Assembly: GCA_950097015.1 (NCBI GenBank)
Contig: CATNEN010000009.1
Coordinates: 1,240,001 to 1,304,000 of the forward strand
DNA from: Macrostomum hystrix
Taxonomy: Eukaryota; Animalia; Platyhelminthes
Length of the DNA: 64,000 nucleotides
Direction of reading: 5' to 3'
The position numbers were made by a program, and so were the translations under genes. Shown here one piece after another: positions 35,801 to 46,200 of this stretch. Positions within the stretch are counted from its first letter, which is position 1. Each line of letters opens with the position of its first letter. The notes under the pieces were generated by a model. The model made no database searches. It was given only the letters and a program-made list of their open reading frames with translations, and was not told where the DNA came from.

Positions 35801-37263
35801 TGTAGTCCAAAGATAGTAGACTTAGTAAAGCAGTAAAAGTAGTAGTAGGCCCTTCACTTGGTTTAACTAAAGTACACATTAACTAGCCAGATTCAAGATA
35901 CACAGAAAGCAGCTGCAAGGCTCTTAATCTAATCCTATGATAGTTTTATTAGAAGCAAAATTAACTGATTTCACAATAATGGTTAGTCAGTTAAAATGTT
36001 TTCGCGTTTCAAAATTGTTTTTTTGTATGCTGCGTTGCTGCGCAGATTTATGCAACATGAAAGCGTTGTCAGTAGTAGTAGTATGTTCTTATCTAAAGAA
36101 ACAATGATTTTAAATTTGCCCTATTTTGCACGAAAGTTAAAAAGGAGAATAACAAAAATAACAAAGACGTTAGCTAACCTGGCTTTCAAAAAGTTTTTAA
36201 TGTTTACATAGCAGATAATGTATTATTATTACTTTGTAGCAAAGCTTTCTAAAACAAAATTAAGTTCTGGCTTTACACTTTTGCAACTTTTTTGTATCTT
36301 TGAAAATAAGATTCTTTGAAACTTTTTTCAAGAAAAAAATGATAACATTTATATACACAACGCTTGTTGAATGCAAAGTATCTAAACGCTCGCAAATTGA
36401 CGTTTTGCAGAATTTTTTCTGTGCACTAATGCAAAAATAGTAGCTGCTTACACTGAACACCTTAGATTCGAATAACTCTATCTCTTAAAAACGTTCTTTA
36501 GCTTTTATCACAAAAAAGTTTTTTGAAAGCCTAATCGATCGAAGCTGATAAAGAAGCTATTGTACTTTTCCTCCGGGCACTGCCTTCAATTAGTCACTGT
36601 TCCTTCTTCTCTATTATTTAAAACCTCTGCACCAAGGGCAACAAACCATCGCGATGACTCAGAGTCTATGTGGGCCTAAACGTTTCGGTTTAGAAGGCAA
36701 TGCGCTGTGTTGCCGGTACTCATCACAAAGTCTGAAAACTTTAAATATTTGGTCGATATGCATATACTAGAAAAATGAGAGAACCAAAAATCAAACAAAG
36801 TTTTTCTTTGCCGCAGAACGGAAGGAAAACAGACGCCTGCTCAGGAACTCACAGCTGCGACTTGCGAGATGACTGCAATAATGCACTGTTCGTGTATTTA
36901 CTTTAAATTCGCTTTAAACTGAAAGAGTAAAAGCTACTGCATAATATTTTTTTGCATTAGAGAGCCGCATTTGCATCTAAATTCACAGACGTGATCTTCT
37001 TATTTCAGCATTCAGACTTTTGTGCTTCGTCGTGAAGCCATTGTTATAAAAAAATAAAATGTCCTATAATTATAGTGTAGTCCTCAGCGCTCATTTTTGT
37101 AAAAAAATCGAGCAAGCCCTTCGAATGGACAGTAAATTCGAAGAATATTGATCTGCTTGACTCACTGCTCACATCGACTTCATGAAAGTACATGCTAGGT
37201 CCCACATGACGGGATGAGGTTCCTCAGAACCAGGTTCTGAGAACTGAGGTTCCTCTGCCAGAC

Positions 37264-39139
37264 TCAATTCTGGCAGAGGCTGCGCAGCTCGTCAAACTGG
37301 GCCAGGTTGAGCGACTCGTTGGCGAAGCCCCAGCACTGCAGCCAGCCGTCGAATGGCACCGGAGAGGACATGAACTGGCAGTTGCCGATGCGGAGACAGT
37401 CGTAGCTGCTGCTAGGCGCGGGGCTGCCACCATTTGTACCGGGGGGCTCCGTGCTCCGCATGCTGCCGTTGAAGTACCACTGGGCTTTGTACTGGCTGCC
37501 GTCAAATGTCACACCGAGAGCATTCTGGCGAAGGATTCCGTCAGTAGGTATGGCGTTCTGCGAGTTTATCTCGTTGAACATATCGGAGCCATCAACCGAA
37601 AATGTTTTCGAGTGGATGCCGCCATTGTTCCTGGTGTTGAAGACGCTGACGCCAGTGTTGGTCGCGCAGTTACTGAATGAGCTAACGCATTTGTCTCTGG
37701 AATAGCGGCAATGCGTGAGAACTGGAACGGTTCTCTAAAGTCTCTGAGATTTCTCTGTGAAGTCGGCACTTACGATCCGGAGATGGCGAACCGCCCCATG
37801 AAGAAGAAGCTGAACCTTCTTGCTGTGAGGAAGTTTTCGTAGAAACCGGTGGTCGCCACCTGCACGTAGGAGCTGGCGGTGCCCAGGAGACGAACTCCGT
37901 TGACGACGTCGCGTGCGGCGTCGTTTACCGGCGTTGCCGGGTGGAGCAGCGGGTTGGCCAGGTTGTTGAAGCTCTTGCGGAAGTCGTACCACAGCCGCAG
38001 GCTCTGACCGAAGCTGAGCCGAGACACACCTGGGATGGTTTGTTTTGGCGAGAAAGTACATTTACGGGAAATGTAGTACGTCTAATAGAACTTTTAAGAA
38101 TTGCATTCCTGATTCAATCTCATCCAGAATTAACTTTGGTGCATCAACAAACAATAAGTGAGTCACAAAGAGTAAACATTCAACAATCAGTCAGCGAAAA
38201 TGCAATTTTGCAACTGCGCGCGTGACTGTTCAATGAGGCGGAAAAGTAATAAAACTGATAAATGTGCGAGAAAAGGAATAGCATTTGGGATCTCAAACAA
38301 AGTGTTACGTGAGACCAAAATAAACTCATAACTGACGCTTTTGACTGGACTGTATTGACAACCTCCTGTGCTTGTGCTTGACGCTCTCGAGCGTCGAGTG
38401 GCAATGCTGCCAGGAATCCATATTGATTAATTTGACTACACCTGCCTAGATAGGGTCAGATGTGCAGCCGACAGCACAGCCGCAGCTATTGCGCAGCGCA
38501 TCTGAAGGCTGCGCACGACTGTTCAGTCCACGGACTGGGGGGACGCCACACCCACCCTCAATTACCCCAGCTGATGCTGGCACCCATTTTATAGCTGGGT
38601 GAACTGAAGCAATGCAGAGTTAAGTGTCTTGCTAAATGACACAAATTGTACCAGTGGAGTCGGGAATCGAACCCCGACCTTCAAGTCGTGAGTCCGACGC
38701 TCTAACCACTAGGCTACAACCCCAGCCGTAAAGACGATCTCTAACTGCGACGACTCAGACTGAGCAGGGAGCAGAAACTTATTCCTGTGGACAGAACTAG
38801 ATCTTCAATGAGACGATGTGTCCACTCACCAGCGTTGAGAACCTTCTTTCGCACCAGCATGCCCGGGTCGCAGGGTCCAACGCTAGTGGCACCATCCAGA
38901 CTGTAGCAGGTGGCAGAGCTGGACAGGTGCACTGACAGCAGGCAGTCTGGCTGCAGGATGCAGCGCAGCACGCACTCGGCCTCGCTGCCAACAGTCGCCT
39001 TGGCCGTGTCAGGCAGGAAAACCGGGCAATCGGTTGTCTCCTTGCGGTACTCCGCCGACACGTGGAGAGCCTCCAGGCCCCGTAAATGCTTCATTGCCAA
39101 AAGCCAGATGATGCTGAGATGGAGCGCCTTGGGACGCAT
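37264..39139 (-). CDS. Secreted PAN/apple-like + ConA/LamG-like protein; exons 39139-38830, 38029-37774, 37696-37264
   Basis: N-terminal hydrophobic stretch; DCP..ECVLRCILQPDC..SATCYSL; LRLWYDF..NLAN..NGVRLLG..SYVQV and LRIG..PFDG..WG..L typical of ConA-like/LamG3 folds; phases 1 and 2 join correctly. Confidence 0.78.
38425..38723 (-). mobile_element. tRNA-derived CORE-like SINE, copy 2, in intron 1 of the PAN-ConA gene
   Basis: RC: GGGGTTGTAGCCTAGTGGTTAGAGCG...GGTTCGATTCCC...GTGTCATTTAGCAAGACACTTAACTCTGCATTGCTTCAGTTCACCCAGCTATAAAATGGG. Confidence 0.82.
38725..38757 (+). other. Spliced-leader-like sequence (5' ~33 nt, truncated)
   Basis: GCCGTAAAGACGATCTCTAACTGCGACGACTCA; 3 mismatches to the Macrostomum SL as recalled (GCCGTAAAGACGGTCTCTTACTGCGAAGACTCA...ATG); lacks the terminal ATG and donor. 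Confidence 0.6.
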
Positions 39140-39420
39140 TGCTGACGTGGTGCTGTTGCTGCGTGAGGTTGGGTAAAACCGAGGCTTTTAGCATTTTAGT
39201 CGCTTTCTCTTTTATCGTTGTGGTTTCGTCTTCCTCGAGAGAACCAATCACTGAATAAAGGATCTAGACAGGTAGTTCTTTATTCTAGCTTTGCAGCAAT
39301 CACTACTTTGAGTAGCCATAATAGTAAAATTTGTCGCACTTTTCTGCTTCCAAAGCGTGCAGCGAAATGCACAGAACTGCCTCCTCACTGGCTTGTCTTA
39401 TATTATATTATAAATAATTT

Positions 39421-39772
39421 CTGATGCTTATTACTCCTCTCCGATGATCATTACCCCTCTCTGACACTCATTACTCCTATCTGATGCTCATTACTCCTCT
39501 CCAATGATCATTACTCTACTCTTATGCTCATTACTCCTCTCCGATGATCATTACCCCTCTCTGACGTGTTTCCCCCTGGTAGTGGCTCCCCCTGGTAATG
39601 TCTCCCCCTAGTAGTGGCTCCCCCTGGTAATGTCTCCCCCTGATTATGTCTCCCCCCGGTAATGTCTCCCCCTGATAATGTCTCCCCCTGGTAATGTCTC
39701 CCCCTGGTAATGTCTCCCCCTGGTAATGTCTCCCCCTGGTAATGTCTCCCCCTGGTAATGTCTCCCACTGGA
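39421..39772. repeat. Two adjacent arrays: ~20-bp (TTACTCCTCTCCGATGATCA) and 16-bp (TCTCCCCCTGGTAATG)
   Basis: Visible periodicity. Confidence 0.88.
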
Positions 39773-40227
39773 CGATGGCTTCGAGCACCGGAGTGCCGCA
39801 TCTTGTGTCATACTGACTGGTCACAATGCTAACCGTGATTCGAACAGAGGAGAATTAAGCCTTGATCGTGGCAGCTGTTTACGTGCGTGAGTGCGTCTTG
39901 GGTCACGTGACCTATTGTGCAATTAAAAAAGCAGAAACTATCAGGCGGAGCAGACCCGGCAGAGCTTTTGTTTGCAGTTTCGGGTCAGCCCGAGCTGCTC
40001 CTGCCCGCCTCAGTTTCTCTCGCGCGGGCTCATTGTAGAGCGCTGCACTTCTCTCACCGGCCAGCTAATTTCTGGCCCTCTCTTCTAGAAGCAGAGCATT
40101 GCTTTGCCTGCAAAAAAGAAAGTCTATATAAGAAATTCTACACTGAACAGAATTGTAATTATTCTTCTGCTGTAGGTTTTTCTCTTCGCAGTTCAAATCA
40201 AAGCACTTCGATTGCAACATTTGCCAG

Positions 40228-43200
40228 ACAGAGACCTGAGTACAGTGCTCAAACCAGGGCACAGCAGACGAATTAGCATGCGGCTCTGTGCTCAGTCCAC
40301 CGACTCGGACTGGCAGCTGCTCAGCCACCTGGCTGTGAGCAAAGCTTTGGAATTCGATCATTCAATTACTCTCATAAAAACAGTTCAACAACTCATGAAG
40401 CTCGAATTCGATTTAACCAATTCCAGGGCGCGGTCCAGGGCTCCGAGGACGCGGTGCTGGCTGCCGTGTCACGCGTCGGTGCCCGCAGCTCTGGCTGGAT
40501 GCCTCAGCTGGAGCAGTCGGCTGGTCAGGTCAGAAACACTCGAAGCCTTTGTTACAAAATGTTCTGCTTACCATTGTGCAGTCCTTAACAGGGGAAAAAC
40601 CACACTGTTTTCCCTGAAAGGAACAACCACGCCATAGCTCCCAAAAAATCCCACCTTTCACGGTGAAAAAAACTTTCAAAGCCATCCGACGTCAGCATCG
40701 TCGAGATGTTCGGCGACTATTTGTCGAAGCCCCCGAGCCCGCATGGCGACACCTCGACGAGAATCGTTGAATATCTCGACAATGCCAACTTCTTCTGATC
40801 TGGAATTGGTTTCATCGGATAGAGCGGAAAAATGTTGCCCGTTTTCAGGATTTTCAATGGGCAGACTGTTATTTTGGCATTGTTTATTCGCACGCAGGCC
40901 ACACAGACCCAGCTGGTGCAGCAGCTCTGGGTGGAGGCGCGAAGCCTGTCGGCCTGCCTGCACTCTCAGCTGGAGCAGCAGAGCGCCTACCACACTGTGA
41001 GCCGCGTCTGCTTAACCACCTGTGAGTAGTGATTAGACTGTCAGAACTGACACACCTGTCCCCGCCCCATCGCCTGCACTTGCAGTTCTACCAGACCCTC
41101 AGTGAATACGAAGGCAGCCTGGAGGCGACCTTCGCTGCGAGCCGAGAGCGGCTGCTGAGCCTGGCCAGCGGCGGCGGCGGGCCCGAGGACGGCAGGGAAA
41201 TTCTAGAAGGCGCTCAGGTGAGCTGGCCCTGTCACTGAGCTGTCACTGGGCTGTCGATCATGTTCCTTTGACCTTATTTTTATTTGTCAGTCTTTCTCCT
41301 TTGCAACACATAATCAACTGTCACTCTCCTTATCAACTGTCACTCTCCTTATCAACTGTCACCCTCCTTATCAACTGTCACTCTCCTTATCAACTGTCAC
41401 TCCCCTTATCAACTGTCACTCCCCTTATCAACTGTCACACTCCTTATCAACTGTCACTCTCCTTATCAACTTTCACTCTCCTTATCAACTGTCACACTCC
41501 TTATCAACTGTCACTCTCCTTATCAACTGTCACTCCCCTTATCAACTGTCACTCCCCTTATCAACTGTCACTCTCCTTATCAACTGTCACTCTCCTTATC
41601 AACTGTCACTCTCCTTATCAACTATCACACTCCTTATTAACTGTCACTCTCATTATCAACTGTCACTCTCTTTATCGACAGTTCCCAGTCTTCAACTCCA
41701 ACTGTCACTTCGCCTGTCACCCCCAGAGCCTGATCTCCACAGCGCTGCACTGGTGGCGCAGAGTCGATTCGATGATGGCGCAGAGCCAGCGGGTGCCGCC
41801 GCTGCCAGCCCGACTGGAGCCGGTAGAGTTTAAGAGGCCCGCACAGCTGCTTGTGGAATTCCAGGCTGCAGAGGTGCGTGATCGATTTGGTGGGATTCAG
41901 TGAGTAGGGATTCAGTGAGTAGGGATTCAGTGAGTAGGGATTCAGTGAGTAGGGATCGGTGAGTAGGGATTCAGTGAATAGGGATTCAGTGAGTAGGGAT
42001 CGGTGAGTAGGGATTCAGTGAGTAGGGATCGGTGAGTAGGGATTCAGTGAGTAGAGATTCAGTGAGTAGGGATCGGTGAGTAGGGATTCAGTGAGTAGAG
42101 ATTCAGTGAGTAGGGATCGGTGAGTAGGGATTCAGTGAGTGGGGATTCTCTATTAGTGAATTCATAGGTATCTCAGTAAGCGGATGTCATGAAATTCAAC
42201 TAATTAGTTTATATTTGAGTCAGATAGAATCTCAACTTGCAATAATCAATGCCATTAAAGCATTAGTCGAGATTCGCGGTTGAAAATCAAACAGCCCAAG
42301 GAAAAACTGCTCCAATGAACTAATAATTTATCGAATCAGTCAGTTTAAAATCATGCAGACGGAATCCCGAGCACCAAAGTGAGAGTGCGGGCTTGAGCAG
42401 CCCTGTGGAGCAGTGCCTCAATGGATTGAATCTCAGTGAAATCTTAGGGTATCAACGGCCAGCTTTGCTGTTCTTGTTCGTATAAAAGTACGGCTGCTGC
42501 GGGCTCGGGCACTCCACCGGCTCGCCGATGTGCCAGTCGGTGCGCTTGGCGCCCACAGGCTCGATCATGTTATTCCACAGCGCCTGGGCTGCGCGGGCGT
42601 TGCCGAGGCCGCTCAGGTGGAAACAGTCAGGGGCGAAGTATGCCAGGTCCGGCTTGCCGCACTTGTTCCTGCGGTTGCATTGGAGGGTGACGCAAGGCCT
42701 GAGTAACACAAGGCCAGAGTGACACAAGGCCAGAGTGACACAAGGCCAGAGTGACACAAGGCCAGAGTGATACAAGGCCAGAGTGACACAGTGAGTGACA
42801 CAATGCCAGAGTGACACAAGGCCAGAGTGGCACAAGGCCAGAGTGACACAAGGCCAGAGTGACACAAGGCCAGAGTGACACAAGGTCAGAGTGACACAAG
42901 GCCAGAGTGACACAAGGCCAGAGTGACACAAGGCCTGAGTGACACAATGCCAGAGTGACACAAGGTCAGAGTGACACAATGCCAGAGTGATACAAGGCCA
43001 GAGTGACACAAGGCCAGAGTGACACAGTGAGTGACACAATGCCAGAGTGACACAAGGCCAGAGTGACACAAGGCCAGAGTGGCACAAGGCCAGAGTGACA
43101 CAAGGCCAGAGTGTGAGATTGACTAGAGAATGTGCCGAATATAAGACAATTAACAAGCACCAAAAATGTTGCCCTCATAGCAACAACTCGATCAGACATG

Positions 43201-46200
43201 AGCAGATGAAGGCGCTGAGCAATGTTACCTGGGCAGCACGGTCTTCTCCAGGAAGGGCTGCAGCACCACAGTGAAGTCGTCGCGCGTGTCATAGACGCCC
43301 GAGTTGACCAGAGCGGAGAGATTTCCCTGGTACTCGAGCACAATCTGGCGCAGCTCCTCAGTCGGCTGCTTGAAGGCGCCGCAGCGGCACTCGAAGTAGT
43401 GCAGCACGGTGCAGGTCAGGCCCCGGTTCAGCTCCTTGATCTGCGAAACGTCCAGCACGTTCACCACGTTGACGAAAGCCCGCGGCACTTCGCTGTGCAG
43501 CAGGTCGAGCGCTCGCTTGATGTTGGCTGTGTACATGGCGGCTGAGTAGTATCTGGGGTTCTTGCAGTAGGCGCACAGGTCGTTGCCTCCGATGAACAAA
43601 GTGATCACCTTCCAGTCGTTCTGGTAGTTCACATTCGGATCTGACTTCATCCGAGCGATGAGGTCGTAGGTCTGCGGCGAGGAGCAAAGCGGAAATAGTT
43701 TCCAAGGAAGACAAATTAGACTAAAATGGTCGAGCGATGCATAAAATGATGGGCACGGCCACATTATTTTGTAACTGTAGGTTCCGCTGACTCCTGAGCA
43801 CACATTCACACAGGGGGGTACATCTGCCCCGACTTTCTCATCGTCAGGGCAGTAATGAAGGCCAGAATAAATGTGGCCTCACAGTGCAGAATCGAGCTCA
43901 GGGACCTTGGTGCGAGAGGCAAACGTTTTAGGCCGCTGTCACTCACTCACATGATTGATTCATACGTGCTCATAATTTGGCACGCCACTAAAAACGCTCT
44001 TGTGGATGAAAGCTCATTATCGAACGGCAAAAAATGGTTTCCAAGTCTGAAAACTAAAAACTCGAATGCTCAGAAACTATCATTTTAGCACCTGTTTGAG
44101 CATGTCTTCAGATTTGGCGCCAGGCACCGCGGCATCAAATCCAGCGGACTTCTTGCTCACACCCTTGGCGTAGCCGCGCAGGTTGGGATTGTACTTCAGC
44201 AGGATGTTCGGCAGCGTAGGCATCCAGCGATAGTTGAGGTCGGCACCGACGCTGAACACGGAGCCGCGGAAGGACAGCACGATGCCCAGCGGCGTGAAGG
44301 CGTGGATGCCGGAGCCCGCCGAGATCGAGTCGCCGATAGCGCCAACCACCTGAACATCGGCGGGTGTCAGGGCGTGGACGCTCGTGGCGGGCTCTGCCGG
44401 TTTGAACGGCTCGCAGGGGAACTCGTAGCCGATGCCGCTGACGATGCGGCCGACGGCCGATGAATAGCCCAGCTCGGCGGATTCGTCCAGCATCGCCTGG
44501 AGCAGAGTGTCGTTGGATTCGATCACTCTCAGCACTCGCTGCAGCGTCTCCGTCCAGTTGCCGGTGTCGCCCTGCATGGTCGGGTCTCTCAGGATGGTCG
44601 TCAGAGCGTCCATCGGCGTCACTGCCGCGCGCTTGTCAGCAGGGCAGAGGACTTCAGTCGGCGTTGAGGCGCCAGTTGAGCAGCCTAGAAGTGGAACCAG
44701 CAGCAGCAGCAGCAGTTGAGCTCTCATCCTGGCTGGCTGTTCTGTTCGCTATTTGATTCTGACTGAATTGCAGAGCTAACCAAGCTGGATTGAAAGACCT
44801 TAAAAAATTTAAATATTTTCACACTTTGCGCACTGTTTCATTTAGGCTAATGGAATAGAGCTTTTTTCTGGCAGCCTTTATCACAGTTTGATTAGGGCCG
44901 TGTCCAGGCCGGGGCATGAGGTATTAGCAGCAGCAGCCTGAGCAACCCGAGTCGCTATCGCATGCTGCACAGCTGTGCTATTTGGTGTGCTCTCCTGAGG
45001 TTTTCTGCTCATTGCCTGGATCCATTGCCCCAAATAAGCACTGACCCTTGCTGAGTATGCGCACACCCCAGTTCACGTGATGTTGCACAATGGCTATCTT
45101 AAAAGCAAGGCCAAATTGAGCACTAAAAGTACACTCGCGCAATGTTGACGTCATTGGGTCCAAAAAAAGTGAAAGCCAAAACACATTTGAGAACTGCGAC
45201 AGCCGGCTGCTTCATGCCTGCGCAATGTACTTTCGACTACATGCAACTGTGCAACCAAAATAATAAAAGTACATGTAGGGACGGACTTTTGAAACAGGTG
45301 CACAAAGTCGCACTAAAGTCGAGAGTGGCAGGGCAGAGCTATTAATAGTTATCCGCTATTGTTAATTTTAGTTTGGAAAAAGCCACATGATGATGCTTGA
45401 GTCTCTTGAGAATAGTCGATTCATCATGATTTCGCACGGATCATCCACAAGAATATTGTGAGGAGTGTCAGGCAAAGCATCGCCACCATGCACCGTACAG
45501 GTCACCGTGCCAGCCGGGGGCGAGGTCTATCTAGTCGACAACACCAACCGCGACCGCTGGATCGTGGAGACGGGCGGCGGCGCTCGCATCGGAGTTCCTT
45601 CGTTGTGCGTTACCATCGCGGGCCCGGATCCGGCTGCCGTGGAGCGCGCGGCCGCGCTGCGCCTCCGCCTGCTAGCCAGCTGGACCATCGCGCTGAAGGA
45701 GGTCGGCAGGGCCCTGATTGGCTTCATGCTGCGCTTCTTCCGGCGAATGAGCGCGGCGGACGGTCAGGTGGGTTCGGGGGGACGCTTTGTACAGGTGCAG
45801 AAGAGTGGAAGAGCTTCGATCTCCTCTCCAGGAGGACTCATTTTGAGTGATTGCTTGAGCAAGACAGCTAATTATCCATCGCTTCAATTCACCGGTTTAG
45901 GTAAAAAATGGGACATTTTCAGCAGGCCTGTACGTACCGGCACATCATTTGGTGACAGTGAACCCGCGGCCAGCGAGGAGGCAGTTCTGCCCACTGGTCA
46001 GGCAAAACCTTCATTAATAGGCTTAATTTTTCTGCTTGCAAAATTTTATAATGTAACCATGATAGCGTAGGCATCCAGCGATAATCACTCATTCGCTCCC
46101 ACTTGCAGGCGGATGCTCTGAGCGCATCTGCGTCCCACCCGGACATTGCGGGCGGTGAGCTGCGTCCCCTTCTGGCCACCATGGAGCAGCTGCTCCAGAG

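Noticed and set aside
38650-38723. tRNA-Val(CAC)-like gene (also 8800-8872)
   Set aside because: A/B boxes are present but the 5' GGGGTTG has no complementary acceptor strand and the anticodon stem is mismatched; it continues into a shared SINE body
40680-40800. Short protein-like frame in a plakin intron (PSDVSIVEMFGDYLSKPP...)
   Set aside because: No clear acceptor in a compatible phase and no homology recognised
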